This document shows, in pieces, positions 1 to 13,709 of a stretch of 64,000 bases of DNA. The stretch is taken from NCBI GenBank assembly GCA_047967505.1, contig CM106538.1; one strand, written 5' to 3'. How positions within the stretch are numbered: the stretch's first letter is position 1; each line of letters starts with the position of its first letter. A model generated the notes under the pieces. The model did no database searches, was not told where the DNA came from, and was given only the letters and a program-made list of their open reading frames with translations. The position numbers and the translations under genes were made by a program. The DNA is from Dipteris shenzhenensis (Eukaryota).

Positions 1-457
1 CTCTCATTCCCCCTCATCTCTTTCCCCCTTCTCTCATTCGTATAAGCTTTCCCCCTTCTCTATTTCGGCACAAGCTTTCTCTTATGCATGAGCTTATGCG
101 GAAATAGAGAATGAGAGAAGCTTCTCTCATTCTCTATTTCTGCATAAGCTCATTCTCTATTTCTGCATAAGCTTATGCTTATGCATGAGCTTATGCGGAA
201 ATAGAGAATGAGAGAAGCATAAGCGTGCTTCTCTCATTCCCCCTCATCTCTTTCCCCCTTCTCTCATTCGTATAAGCTTTCCCCCTTCTCTATTTCGGCA
301 CAAGCTTTCTCTTATGCATGAGCTTATGCGGAAATAGAGAATGAGAGAAGCTTCTCTCATTCTCTATTTCTGCATAAGCTCATTCTCTATTTCTGCATAA
401 GCTTATGCTTATGCATGAGCTTATGCGGAAATAGAGAATGAGAGAAGCATAAGCGTG
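1..457. repeat. 230-bp direct tandem duplication built from internally inverted CTCTCATTCTCTATTTC / GAAATAGAGAATGAGAG units, upstream of CACTA TnpA-like gene
   Basis: 1-227 recurs at 231-457; each unit holds the motif in both orientations around AAGCTT/ATGCAT palindromes. Confidence 0.85.
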
Positions 458-818
458 AGCTTATGCTTCTCTCATTCTCTATTTTCGCATAAGCTCATTC
501 TCTATTTCTGCATAAGCTTATGCTTATGCTTCTCTCATTCCCCCTCATCTCTTTCCCCTTCTCTATTTCCCCCTTCTCTCATTCTCTATTTCCGCATAAG
601 TATAAGCATGAGCTTATTCTCTCTAACTCTTATTCTCTATTTTCCTTTTCTTCCTCTTCTCTTTCCTTTCCCTCTTCTTTCCTTTCCATCTTCTTTCCCT
701 CTTTCCTTTCCCTCTTCTTTCCTTTCCCTCTTCTTTCTTCTTGCCTATGCCTATGCCTATGCCTATGCTTATGTTTGTTTTTTTGTTTTCTATTTTCGTG
801 TTTGTATCTATGTTAGAC

Positions 819-2368
819 ATGGGATCACATCTCTCATCCGACGAGTACGGACAGCCTCACAGGAGGAGAGCTCATGATCTATATGCTCCAGAGGACTTTG
901 ATTCCTCTCAGGCGACTACCGCAAGGACTACCCCTGGTCCGACTCCTCTCAAACCTAGCACTACGACTACCCTTGGTCCGACTCCTCTTCCATGTAGCAC
1001 TGCGACTATCCCTCGGGGAACTCCTTTGCTAGCCGCGCATGGCTTTGTCGGGAGTCCAGATGAGTTTGTAGCGCAGATGAGTGATGAGGAGGCAGCGAGA
1101 TTCTTCTCTCTGCTCTCTCAGAGGACCTCAACAATTCCTTCCCCTACACCGATGGGTAGACGTACTACCCAGCCATCCCCTCACGCCCCTTCGACCACGG
1201 GATCATCACCTCCGCATGCCTCTCGCAAGGGAAGGAAGAGTAGGACGGGTGGCTCATGTTGTGCTGACTCGGGAGATGTAGATGAGTCAACACACTCACG
1301 CTCCTTTAGGTCTCCACTTGGTCCGGAGACAGTATCAGTCAGGTCCCTTTCCCTCTCCTACTCCCACTGCTACTCCTCGCTCCAGAAGTGCTCGTGCAAC
1401 TTCCACTCCTTCAGACTTTGCTACCGTAAGTCCCCCTTACTCATCAGGGGATCTCTCCTATCAAATCACATCTGCCGGAGAGATAATAGAAGATAAAAAG
1501 GGCAAAGCAGTGATGGCCGCCATGAGGAGGTTGATGAGTCATCATTTTAAGAGCGGCATAAATACCGATTGGCGGTATCAAGATGCCCAAAAGAAGCAGG
1601 CGGTGATCGATGAGTTAAAACAAAGATACCCTAATCCACCAAATGTGGAGTTTAATGACGATTATATGCGAGAGCACATGGGTTTGGTCCTGAAGCATCG
1701 TAGATCAACCTTGCGTACTTCCATTACAAAGAGGTTGGCTAAACCCAGATGGGCAGACAAAGCTAATTGGAAGTACTTCAAGAAGCAACATAGGGACCAT
1801 CCCGAAATGTTCGAGGGTCAGAGGAGGGCTGCAAAGAGACGGCTGGATGTCGTAGGTACTTCGCACTTTGGTGCAGGTGGATGGTATGCGTTCGAGGCAA
1901 CCGTGGTAAGTCTACTTCTTCTCATTTAATGTATTGTTCTATTTGTTTTACTTACATATTACATGCACTTTAGCTAACTCTAACTCTCGTAAATTAGATC
2001 CACAGCAAGTTGCGATGGGTCGTCTTCCTACAGATGCAGAGACGCGACACGCATTTGGGATAGGAACAAAGCCGTGGTTCATTGAGCAAGAGGAAATGGG
2101 AGCGACGATCGATTGGGCTGAGGTGGCTGCTCGCACGATATAAGTTTACTCCTACTTGTAATCTCACTTTTTAATTTAAGTTCCAATCTAATTTTCGATT
2201 TATATGGTTCACTCTTAGGGTCAAAGCTCAAGCGTCCCATCATCAGAGGCAAGCAATCAACAGGGCCAAGGATCGGACGCAGGTGGCGAGGACGAGGGAG
2301 AAGACGCAGGTGTCGAGGACCAAGGAACAGGCCAACAAGACGAAGATGATTCGGATTCGGATGAGTAG
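819..2368 (+). pseudogene. CACTA TnpA/PTTA-like (Transposase_24-like) gene, frameshifted, about 3 exons
   Basis: MGSHLSSDEYGQ start; DWRYQD..KKQAVIDELK..YP, KP.W....W, HFGAGGW motifs; frameshift near 1330 relative to the copy at 28157-29712; GTAAGT donor at ~1906; acidic tail. Confidence 0.72.
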
Positions 2369-2647
2369 TGGTAGTAGCATTTTGTATATCCGCTCATTTG
2401 AGCAATTTTGTATCGCCCTTTTGATAGGGTAGTTTTGTTACAAACACTGTTGTATATGTCCGACATGTATATGCATTTGTACTCATCATTTCATAAGAAC
2501 AATTTTGTATCACCCTGCAAGCAAGGGACATTTTGTTATAAAAAACTTTCTTTTGTAATTACAAAAAAAAAAGATTAGTGGGCTAAACAGGGCCAAAAGG
2601 AAGCCCTGTTTAGCCCCACTAACCTTTTTTTTTTACTTCTATTAATT

Positions 2648-2897
2648 GTCGCTATATAGCGACATTTACCAATGTTGCTATATAGCGACGATTAATAGTG
2701 TCACTATATAGCGATGTTTTTAGTGTCGCTATATAGCAACGTTTGCTAGTGTCGCTATATAGCGACGCTTTATAGCGACAGTCCTTTTCCAACGCATTTT
2801 GCGACAGTTATAGCGACGTTTGCACCCGTGAAAAAAAAAATTGTTAATGTACAAAGCGTCGGTATTTCCGTCGGAAAATGGCCTATGCCTTGTAGTG
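2648..2897. repeat. Subterminal array of 16-bp palindrome GTCGCTATATAGCGAC plus CACTA end A
   Basis: Several perfect and degenerate palindromes directly inside the TAGTG terminus. Confidence 0.88.
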
Positions 2898-3688
2898 ATA
2901 AGCATAAGCATAAGAGAAGGAAAAACATAATCAAGTAGTGATGGGCATAGCAACCCTCTCTTTCCCTCTCTTCTCTTATTCCCTCTTCTTCCCCTCTTTT
3001 CCTCTTTCCTTCTCTTATGCTAGTGCTTAAGGCGTTAGTTGCAAGCCAATGAAATAATGGAAACAACAAAAGGGAAAAAGACGAAGTACTTTCTTTCCTG
3101 GAAAAGTCCCGCTCAGTGTTTCGTGGATTGGCACTACAAAAAAGAGGAAACATACCATTTTTTCAAGTAACTAGTTAGAGCGAATGAGGAGTTTGGAGAA
3201 GCAACTTTTTCAAAGGGATTCGATTGAGGAGACAAGCATAAGCCTACAAATAGGGAGAAAGCATAAGCGTACAGAGAAGGAAGAGAAATACCAAAAAGAG
3301 AAGAGGTGAGTCTTCTTTCTTTCACCAAATCTCGTTTTTTGTCCTTAACCTCTAAAAATCAAGCATGAAAATTAGCACATAGGCTTAGCAATACAAGGAA
3401 AAACATGCTTCAACACTCACAAAACGAAATCTCACAAAAAATGAACCTACATTGCTTAAAGAGACACACCTTCTTGAAAAAATTCCTTTCACACAAGCAG
3501 AGAGGGAGAAGGGTGGAGAGGGAGCACAAGTGTTGGGAGAGGGGCTGGGTATGGGTGAGGAGTGTGGGGAATAGAGAGGAGGAAAGCGAGGTCATTGAAT
3601 ATAAGGTAAGAGGAGAGACTTTTGCTTTTCCTGGAATAGAGATGTGAAAGATGTCATCGCGTGGGGTTTCGGGTTTTAGCCCCCCAAT

Positions 3689-3790
3689 GTCACTCTATAG
3701 CAACGCTGGTCAATCGCTATATAGCGATGTTTATATCTTAAAAGCATCGCTATATAGTGATGAAATAGGACAACATCGCTATATAGCAAT
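3689..3790. repeat. Internal cluster of the subterminal palindrome upstream of TnpD
   Basis: ATCGCTATATAGCGAT-type motifs; equivalent cluster at 31091-31195. Confidence 0.8.
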
Positions 3791-3899
3791 GGTTCAGGGC
3801 ACTTATTATTAGAAGAGAGGAAAGGAGCTCATCGGTGGTTATTTTTTGGATCTTAATAGATTTCCTTATAGCTCATGTTGTGATTTCGGCGGTGTGCAG

Positions 3900-6800
3900 A
3901 TGGAAGGGACAAGTGGAAGCTGATCAGATGATGCGCCAATGCCCGGGAGTGTAGAGTGTCTTACGGAGAGGTTGTATTATCATTGCACTCATTGCAAGCG
4001 AGAAGTACGACATCAATGTCGTATTATCATGCGCCACTTGCAGATGTATGGGGAGGAGCCCGAACCAGTACCCACCATTGGTGTTGCACGTGGTGATGGA
4101 TCATCAGTAAGTCAATGCTATTTGAGTTCTAATTAATATTGCATACCATTATGACACGAAACCTTGAGACAAGATCCTCTATTTACATGAAACCTTGAGA
4201 CAAGATCCTCTATTTACATGAAACCTTGAGACAGGATGAGGGTGGCGAGGGTGCGCATAAACCTTCACACTTTGAGCAAGACTATAGTCTCTCGGATGTG
4301 CCAGATGATGATGAGGGTATGGTGGACATGATGGATTCTATTTTTAGGAGCACTACATCACATGTACATGTGATGTCCGAGAGTCTGAGGTCAATATGCG
4401 AGAGTTACAATCAACACAGTTGTACGAGGGTGCTAGGATTTCTAAACTATGGGCTTGTCTCTCAATCTTGAATCTACAAGCAAAGTATGGGTGGTCAGAT
4501 ACAAGTGTCTCGGCCTTAATGAGGTTGCTTCAAAAGATGTTGCCTGCACCAAATACCATGCTCGCATTAAGAGATGAAGCAAAGAAGATGCTAACAACAG
4601 TGGGTATGGATTATGATGCCATCCATGCTTGCCATAATGACTTTATTCTCTTTCTTCATAAGCATGGAGATTTGGCTAGTTGTCTGAAGTGTGGGGAACA
4701 ACAATATAGAGATGACTTGCAGGGGTGAGCAGATACCAGTAAAGGTCTTAAGACACTTTTTCATCATTGCAAGAATATAGCACATGTTCCAATGCATATC
4801 CATAGCAGAGTTGATGTCTTGGCATGCATCTCATCGTTCCACTGATGACACATTGAGGATTCATGCAGATTATGCAGCTTGGAAGCACATAGACACTTTG
4901 TGAGGGAGCCACGCAACTTACATCTTGGGCTCACCATGGACGGCGTGAATCCTTTTGGGTTACGGTCAACATCTTGGTCGACATGGCCCATAGTCTTGGT
5001 GAATTATAACAATATCCTACCATGGCTAACAATGAAGAAGGGACATCTCATGCTTGCACTACTTGTGCCACGGAAGTACAAGGCCAAAAATATGGACGTG
5101 TACATGGCACCTTTGATAGAGGAGTTACAGATCTTATGGAAAGGAGTGCGGGTCTTTGATATTTCCAAAGCTCTTGGACATACCAATGATATTTTGGTCA
5201 AGGGTATCTTGATGTGGATCATGCATGACTATCCACGATATGGAGAGTGGGCAAGTACGTGGTTATGTCTTTACATGTATATTATAGGACTATGCTTTTA
5301 TGACTGTCTTTCACGTGCATGTCTTATACTAACACATTCATGCATGAGTGCAGGACTTGTTACAAGTGGGTACTATGCTTGTTCTGTTTGTGGACTGCTT
5401 GCATGATACTCCAAACATATGAGAAAAAATATTTATGAAGGTCATGCTCGATACCTTCCGCTGGACCATTTCGCATGTGGAGGTCACCTTGCTCCACTAC
5501 CACCATATTTGAAAGCAAGTGACTGGATTCATTCTTGGAGGGTGAATGGAGAGGAACCTCCTCGTGGTATGAAGAGGCTATCCATCTTTCATGAGCTTCC
5601 TTATTGGGGTCAGTTACAAATCAATCATCTCTTGGATCCCATGCATATCTTCAAGAATGTGGGGGCTACTATTTGGGCACACTTGGTTGGTTCCAAAGAC
5701 TCCAGGAGAGTGCGAGAAGACTTGGGTGCTATGAATAGGATGTCTTTTTTGTGGCCCCAAGTACGTGCTTCAGGAAAAGTTGTCCTCCTAAAAGCAACAT
5801 GGATCCTCTCCAAGAGAGAGGAGGTAGCAGTCAAGGAGGACATTGCCTCTTTTCGAACACCCACAGGGTACATGTGTTGTTTGAAAGGAGCATTTTCAAA
5901 GGACAATAAGCTTAGTGGGCTCAAGTCCCATGATTGGCACAAGGTCTTACAGGTATTCTAAGATGTAGGAATAGTGTACCAATAATCGTGATGTGTTAGT
6001 GTAATTATGATTATGTTATATTATTGACATGACTTCTTTGTTGCTTTGATAGTTCATCCTCCCAATTACAATAAAAGGGTGCTTAAAAGAAAATGTTAGA
6101 AATGCTATATTCAAGATCAGTGGAATTGTGAGGTATGCTTACTATCAAATTGCATTGATTCCATTTTCTTCAATTTAAGCTAAATAATCTGTAGACTGAT
6201 TATGAATATATCTTACATGGGCATGTGAAATAGGTGGACTCCATCGAAGCCATATGCTTGCTTGAGAAGCACTTTCCCTCGAGCATTATGACAACTCAAG
6301 TGCACTTGCTTGTCCACATAGTTGATGAGGTGGCCATTGCAGGTACCATTCATAGTCGGTAGATAATTTTTCTTAAGTGGTATATGAAAACTTTGAAGGG
6401 ATTTGTAATGCAAAGAGTGGGACTAGAAGCAAGCATGGCAAAGGGATGGCTTATGCAAGAGTCATTAGTATATATCACGGAGTTTCTTGCATCCACAGAT
6501 CTTGATATGCCGCAGGCCTGATATAACAAGGATGATGATGGCATCATTGGCGAGGTTCCCCAAGGAAAAGGGATTGAAAGAAAGATGAGCGAAGAGCAAA
6601 TGGAGAAACCCAATAAGTTTTGTATCCTCAACAGTAAGGAGATGCAAAAGTGGATTGAGAGATATGAAGCGGCCAAAGTAGAAAGAATAGTTGCAAGGAA
6701 GAGATTCAGAGTAATTTACAAGCGATCGCAACCATATCCACGAGATCTCACCCTTCTCCCCACTCACATGTCACTTGATTGGCTACAACTGGCTCTACGT

Positions 6801-7818
6801 AAAGCCAAATGTGATGGAGAGACAATAAATGAGCGTGAGCGAGAGTTATCGCCTGGATGTATGATGCATGTTTCTTACCTCTTAACGTAATTAAGTAATT
6901 CTTTGTGGCAATATACGCTATGAAGTAGATGCATCTTCATTGTTTTAATGATGCTCTTTTGCAGTACAAAAAGTTATAGTGCATTATGGTCATATGGATG
7001 ACATTTTCGCATGGAACCCATCGAGTCACGTATGATTGTGGAGTCATGGCTAACTTCACACAAGATAGCCAAGCAAGTGCTTCGGATACCAATCTTCTCT
7101 CCTTGCAATTGGATTATTGTGGGACCATACACAAAATCTATGAAATTGATTTCAAACGATTTAGTATTTTCATTCTTGATGTAAAATAGTTTAGAACTAT
7201 TTACAATGGTCCCCATGCGACAATGAGAAAAGACAGTAGTGGTTTCTTTGCAATAGACTTCACCAAACTTTGGACCGATGAAAGTGATCTTTTGTTCTTC
7301 TCCAGCATTATGAGTAGGTAAATACTAATGATTTAATTAATCGAAGCTTTTGTTTTTAAAGATCCATTGACACATGTACTTAGGCATAATTTCATATATA
7401 TAATTGATGGCATTTGGCATCCATCTTCAATATAGGTGGTTTTTCATCCAGATCTTTCTGATCCAAGATGGTGGTACATGATCCAAGTTGCACCACAAAG
7501 TAAGCAAATTTTTGAAGATAGAGATGTGGATATGGAGATGCCACTACCAATGCCGAATCCAATTGATCCAAATGGATCTAGTGAAGAAGATGAAGATCAT
7601 AATATGAGGCAAGAGTAAGATGCACATAATGACATCATATAGGAGGAAGATGGAGATCATGATATTGAGAAAGAAGATGATCAAGTCTTAGGTGAACGTA
7701 CAATGCTAAAGTATGATGATTATATAGGAGATCAACTCGGTATAGAGTTAGAGATAGACTTGTTTGGCACATTAGACTTGGCTCAGTATGAAGCCGTTGA
7801 TGTAAATGCTCTTCATTG
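3900..7818 (+). pseudogene. CACTA TnpD-like transposase (Transposase_21, DUF4218, DUF4216-like segments), multi-exon, many stops and frameshifts
   Basis: Motifs IHACHND, NLHLGLTMDGVNPF, STWPIVLVNYN, MHDYP, LDPMHIFKNV, GLKSHDWH, QVHLLVHIVDE, FHPD..DPRWWYMIQVAP. Confidence 0.9.
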
Positions 7819-7988
7819 AATTTTTTCATCTCAAACTTGGACATGAATATATGAGCTTCAAACTTGATGTACATGCTTTTGTACTTTTATTCTCTCAAAG
7901 GATCAAACATATATCAAAAGGAAAAAAAACTTGTCATTGGGAAAATCTATCTTTAAAGGTCGGTATGGGAAAAAACACTCTCTATAAA

Positions 7989-8215
7989 ACATCGCTATAG
8001 GAAATTGTCTCAGTGTCGCTATATAACGACCATTCACAAGTCTAGTAAGTGTCGCTATATAGCGACTCTCTTTAAAGGTCGCTATCTAGCAACACTTGTC
8101 TAAAGTCGTATATAGCGACACTTACCTAATTCTGCTTTGATTATCGATGATTAGCACCCCGTGTGCGCTAAACGCTAGTGCTTAAGTGTCGGAATAGGGC
8201 TCGTGTGTAGTAATG
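7989..8215. repeat. Subterminal palindrome array plus CACTA end B
   Basis: GTCGCTATATAGCGAC variants; homologous arrays at 19000-19224 and 24629-24820. Confidence 0.82.
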
Positions 8216-8223
8216 AGATATGG

Positions 8224-9638
8224 GATCATGTACCACCATCTTGGATCAGAATGATCCGGATGAAAAACCACCTATATTGAAGATGGATGCCAAATGCCAT
8301 CAATTATATATATGAAATTATGCTTAAGTATATGTACCAATGGATCTTTAAAAACGAAAGCTTCTATTAATTAAATCATTAGTATGCACCTGCTCACAAT
8401 GCTCGGGAAGAACAAAAGTATCACTTTTATCGGTCCAAATTTTGGTGGAGTCTATTGCAAAGAGACCACTAATGTATTTTCTCACTGTCGCATGGGGACC
8501 GTTGTAAAAAGTTCTAAACCATTTTACATCAAGAATGAAAATACTAAATCGTCTGAAATCAACTTCATAGATGTCGCGTATGGTTCCACAAAAATCCAAC
8601 TGTGAGGAGAGAAGATTGGTATCCGAAGCACTTGCTCGACTATCTTGTGTGAAGTTAGCCATGACTCCGCAATCATACGTGAGTCTCTTTGAATCGATGC
8701 GTTCCATGCGAAAATGTCGTCCATATGACCATAATGCACTGTACTTTTTGTACTGTAAAAGAGAATCATTATAACAATGAAGATGCATCTATTTTATAGC
8801 GTATATTGCCACAAATAATTACTTAATTACATCAAAAGGTAATAAACTTACATGCATCATACATCCAGATGATAACTCTCGCTCGCACTCATTTATTGTC
8901 TCTCCATCGTGTTCGGCTTTACGTAGAGTCAATTGTAGCCAATCAAGTGACATGTGAGTGGGGAGAAGGGTGAGATCCCATGGATATGGTTGCAATCCCC
9001 TGTATATTACTCTGAATCTCTTCCTTGCATTTATTATTTCTTCTTTGGCGGCTTCATATCTCTCGATCCACTTCTGCATCTCCTTGCTATTGAGGATACA
9101 AAACTTTTTGAATTTTTTCATTTGCTCTTCATTCATCTTTCTTTCAATCAGTTTTCCTTGGGGAACCTTGCCAACGATACAATCATCATCCTTGTTATGC
9201 CAAGCCTATAGCATATCAAGATCCATGGATGCAAGAAACTCCATGATATATACTCATGACTCTTGTACAAGCAATCCCTCTACCATGCTTGCTTCCGGTC
9301 TTGCTCTTTGCCTTACAAATCCCTTCAAAGTTTTCATAAACTGCTTGAGAAAAAACATCCACTAACTATGAAGGGTACCTGCAATGGCCACCTCATCAAC
9401 TATGTGTACAAGCAAGTGCACTTGAGTTGTCATAATGCTCGAGCGAAAGTGCTTCTCAAGCAAGCATACAACTTTGATAAAGTCCACACTACCCTTCTAG
9501 ATGCTCAATATGGAGATCTCTTTTTGAGATATCCACATATTTCACATGCTCATGTAAGATATATTCAGTATCAGTTTACAGATTATTCAACTTAAATTGA
9601 AGAAAATGCAATCAATGCGATTTGATAGTAAGCATACC
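8224..9638 (-). pseudogene. TnpD-like transposase 3' fragment (DUF4218/DUF4216-like region)
   Basis: Reverse-complement homolog of ~6130-7485; ORFs 8348-8788 and 8819-9136 match copy 2 translation. Confidence 0.88.
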
Positions 9639-9669
9639 TCTCTTTTCTTCTTTTCCCCTCTCTTTTTTC

Positions 9670-9918
9670 CTTGGGGGGGTCACTATGTATAAACCCTCTA
9701 TATCACGTGTGTTCAAGAACTATTTCTAAAATCCCTTATTTGTAAAATTTTCATTAATAAAATGTACCCCTTTTCTATACAAATCTGTAAATTTTTCCCC
9801 AAAGTATTTTAAATAGTCTCTAGTTATGTATATTTATTTCTATAAATTTTGGAAAGAAAAAATATCCTTTTGTTGAACTCACGTGATAGGGTTACATATG
9901 ATGAGCGACCCCCTCGAG
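9670..9918. mobile_element. ~250-bp MITE, probably hAT-type
   Basis: TIRs CTTGGGGGGGTCACT ... AGCGACCCCCTCGAG; perfect 8-bp TSD CTTTTTTC (9662-9669, 9919-9926); second copy at 30536-30781. Confidence 0.88.
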
Positions 9919-10147
9919 CTTTTTTCTTCTCTTTCCATACATGAGCATATGCTCATATGCCCATGCTTTCTCTCTTCCTCTATTTTCCTTCTACTCTTTC
10001 ATCCTCTCTTCTCTCTTCCTCTCTTTCAATTGCTTCCTTCTATTTCTCTCTTTTTCTTCTTTTACCCTCTTTTTTCCACTCTTTTCTTATTTTTCCCTCT
10101 TCTTATGCTTCTTCTTATATGTATGCTTATGCTTATTTCCTTCTCCT

Positions 10148-10810
10148 TGTTAGATATCAATGCTCCACTCTCGTGTAACTATGCGGGAACTAGTAACTCT
10201 ACTTGTAAGCCCCCCATATGAGGAGAAGGCATTTGAGTAGCTCGGTTATCCGGTAGGTCCTGGTTTGGACACCAGATGGGGGCCATGTGTGGCCTGATGG
10301 TTGGAGGGAGTTGGCACACTGCCAACTATGCTACATGCAAGTGCGGGAAGGCATCCCATGATTGACCGCATTGAGGGTAGACGGAGCATTTCCCGAGGTA
10401 GCCCACTCTCGGGTTACGGGGCCTGTTTGGAGCCCCAGATGATCCTGGATGGTTGTGGGCCGAACGGATATCGTAGGTTAGTTTCTCTATTTTGCACACC
10501 GGTTCTATCATGTGGTCGGTGGCCTATTTCGGGACCGACCCCCAATCGGCAATTTCGGGTGGACTGGGTCGGTCACCCAATTGGGTCTAACCGACTACTA
10601 GTAGTGGCTATATAAGAGCAAGCCTGTGAAGCCCATTTCATCATTGGCTACAACAACCTTGATTCCTTAGCATCCAGCCTCCATCCTCTACTTTTTCCAA
10701 CATGCCGTCGAAGCTTCTCACACAGGAGCGCATGGTTGGGAGGCAGCACCATCTATTGTATCAGTTTTACAGTAATCAAATTTTTTATTCTCGATACTAT
10801 CTGCTTTTCT
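10148..10810 (+). repeat. Copia 5' LTR (3'-truncated)
   Basis: Starts TGTTAG after the TSD; TATATAA at ~10609; joins directly to KQHRQPFPK pre-integrase sequence. Confidence 0.82.
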
Positions 10811-13080
10811 CTCAAGCAGCATCGGCAGCCCTTTCCTAAAGAGGCTAGGAGGGCAAAGGCTCCTGTAGAGCTCGTTCACATGGACCTCTGCGGAAAGATG
10901 GAGACAGAAGCTTTGGGTTGTTCCTACTACTTCATGACGCTGATCGATGACATACTTCCTGAAGACAAAAGATGAGGCTTTTAGTAAGTTCAAAGAATGG
11001 CATGTAATGGTCGAGAAAAAATCGGGGAGGAAGGTGAAGAAGTTGAGATCAAACAGAGGTGGAGAGTTCACATCAAGTGAATTCAAAAGTTACTGCAAAA
11101 GTCACAGGATCAAGAGGCAGAAACCCCCACCACATCATCATAGCAAAATGCAGTAGTAGAATGCAAGATGCACATCATCTGCGAAATGGGAAGGAGTATG
11201 ATGAAAGGGAAAGATTTACCAAAGACTTTTTGGGCTAAAGCACGTAACACAGCAGATCATAGCTACATGAAGGCTGTGAATGGGATGACTCCACTGCAGT
11301 CCTTTTCTGGTAAGAAACCTTCAGCTGCACATTTTAGAGTTTTTGGATGTGACTGTTTTGTGCATGTCCCTGATGCTAACAGGACCAAATGGGAACCGAA
11401 GAGCCGGAAGTGTATTTTCTTGGGCTACAATGAAGAGGCAAAGGGTTACCCTCTCTACAATCTTGTTACCAAGAAGGTAATAGTAAGTCGAGATGTAGTC
11501 TTCGCAGAACAACAGCATCAATTGGAGGAGGATGCTTCCTTCTGAGACAACCAGGACTAGGATATCCATCTAGTACAACCACCAAGAGCAGACCGAACTC
11601 CCCCAACGATGCTTGGGAGAATTCAAGATAAAGAAGAGGAAGAAGAGCCTGTAGAACCACAACGGCAACGGCCATTCCTGAAGTGGGTAAAGCAGCTTTT
11701 CGATGGTAGAGAACCTCCAGCCATTGAGGAGGAACCATCTGAACACTGCCGGTCCAGGAGATTAGAGGAGCAAAGAAGGGCGCAAGAACACTTGGTCAAC
11801 TATGCTTTGATGATAGAGGTGATCCGTGTTGATGAACCCAAGTGTCTTGAAGAGGCACACAGTGATGATAGGTGGACAGAGGCTGTGCAGTCGAAGTATG
11901 GCTCCATAATGAAGAACAACACTTGGATCGACCACCAAAACGCAAGGTAATTGGCACCAAGTGGGTGTACAAGACCAAGGACAAGTTCGACGGCACATTG
12001 GAAAAGTACAAGGCTCAACTCGTGGCAAAAGGAGTCGCACACGTACATGGTTTTGATTATCAGGATACTTTTGCTCCCACAACTTGACTAACCACAATTC
12101 GCAGTGTTTTGGCTTTAGCAGCACAGGGAAGTTGGCCCGTGTTTTAGATGGATGTAAAATCTGCCTTTCTGAATGGAGATCTCAAGGAGGAGGTATACGT
12201 GGAACAACCACCAGGTTTTGTGATCCCCGGTTCAGAAGGTAAAGTCTATAAACTGAAGAAGGCACTTTACGGGCTAAAACAGGCCCCATGAGCATGGTAC
12301 CAATGGATTGATGCCTACTTTCTGCAAAATGGGTTTAGGAGGAGCCCATCTGATGCAAATTTGTATATCTTCAAAGAAGGAGGCAGGTGTATGATCGTGG
12401 TCCTTTATGTGGATGACCTTGTCATAACAAGGAACCATGAAGAGAAGATCTCGTAGACAAAGCATTTGCTAGGAAGAGAGTTTGAAATGACAGTGATGCA
12501 TTTCTATTTGGGGATTGAAGTTTGGCAAGAGCCAAAACAGATCTTCATTTCACAACTGAAGTATGCTGGAGAGATACTGAAGGCATTTGGCATGGCTAAG
12601 TGCAAGACAGTTGGCACCCCTATGGAGGTTGATGTGAAGCTCTCAAACGAGGATTCATCACCACTGGTGGACGAAGCAAAGTACAGAAGGCTTGTGGGCA
12701 GCTTGATTTACTTGTGCAACACGCGGCCGGACATCAGCTTTGCGACTGGCGTACTAAGCAAGTTTTCCAATAAGCCCCGGGAGAACCATTGGAGGGCAGG
12801 GATGTGGGTGCTGAAATACATCAGAGGTAGACTTGATTATGGCATCACCTATACCAAGGGAAATATCTTGACCGGATTCTATGACTCGAATTGGGCAGGA
12901 GACATGGACAGTCGGAGGTCAGTGACAGGTTACTATTTCTCACTTGGATCTGGAGCTGTGTCATGGGTCAGCAAGAAGCAACCCATAGTTGCTCTTTCTT
13001 CTACCGAGGCTAAGCACAAATCAGCATGCTTTTCTTCTTGCGAGGTAGAGTGGTTAAGGAGGATTTTAGGGGACATGCAA
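10811..13080 (+). pseudogene. Copia pol remnant (integrase, reverse transcriptase, start of RNase H)
   Basis: [85 protein letters not shown]; multiple stops and frameshifts. Confidence 0.93.
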
Positions 13081-13609
13081 GTGCGGGAAGGCATCCCATG
13101 ACTGACCGCATTGAGGATAGACAGAGCATTTTTCGGGGCAGCCCACTCTCGGGTTGCGAGGCCCGTTTGGAGCCCCAGATGATCTCGGATGGCTATGGGC
13201 TGAATGGATATCGTAGGTTAGTTGCTCTATTTTGTGCACCGTTTCTATCGTGTGGTCGGTGGCTTATTTTGGGACCGACCCCCAGTCGACCATTTGTGGG
13301 CGGACTGGGTCGATCACCCAATTGGATCTAATCAACTACTAGTTGTGGCTATATAAGAGCAAGCCTGTGAAGCCCATTTCATCACTAGCTATAGCAACCC
13401 TAATTCCTTAGCATCCAGCCTCCGTCCTCTACTGTTTCCAGCACGCCATCAAAGCTTCTCACACAGGAGCGCACGGATGGGAGGTAGCACCATCTATTGT
13501 ATCACTTTTACAGTAATCAAATTTTTGATTCTCCATACTATCTGCTTTTCTGTCTTGCATACGAGATCCTGTTATCTGTTGAGCATAGACATTGTATTAT
13601 TTTCTTACA
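13074..13609 (+). repeat. Copia 3' LTR (5'-truncated)
   Basis: Begins at ACATGCAA, shared with RNase H sequence and LTR position 10334; ends TTACA before the TSD. Confidence 0.82.
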
Positions 13610-13709
13610 CTCCTTAGCCGTATTCGGTTCTTTTTGCTTTTGCTCCTTAGCCATATTTGGTTCTCTTTTTTTTCAAACACATTCTAAATGGAAAAACCAC
13701 TCCCTCACC

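Larger units (their letters stand above)
1..2897 (-). mobile_element. CACTA/EnSpm DNA transposon copy 1 (partial; TnpA-like gene plus end A), inserted into copy 2
   Basis: Ends ...GCCTTGTAGTG at 2897 (revcomp CACTACAAGGC); subterminal palindromes 2648-2820; same end recurs at 16476 and 27638. Strand given relative to the family TnpD gene. Confidence 0.88.
2898..8215 (+). mobile_element. CACTA/EnSpm copy 2 (intergenic region, TnpD-like gene, end B)
   Basis: Colinear with 29836-33507; ends GTGTGTAGTAATG at 8215, a one-mismatch version of end B (TGTGTAGTAGTG at 19224). Confidence 0.85.
10148..13609 (+). mobile_element. Ty1/Copia LTR retrotransposon, internally deleted
   Basis: TG...CA termini; perfect 5-bp TSD CTCCT (10143-10147, 13610-13614); direct repeats ~10334-10810 and ~13074-13550; integrase-RT-RNaseH order. 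Confidence 0.92.

Noticed and set aside
3132-3143. Internal CACTACAAAAAA resembling a canonical CACTA terminus
   Set aside because: The homologous site in copy 5 reads CCCTACAAAAG (~30315), homology continues on both sides, and there is no adjacent subterminal array
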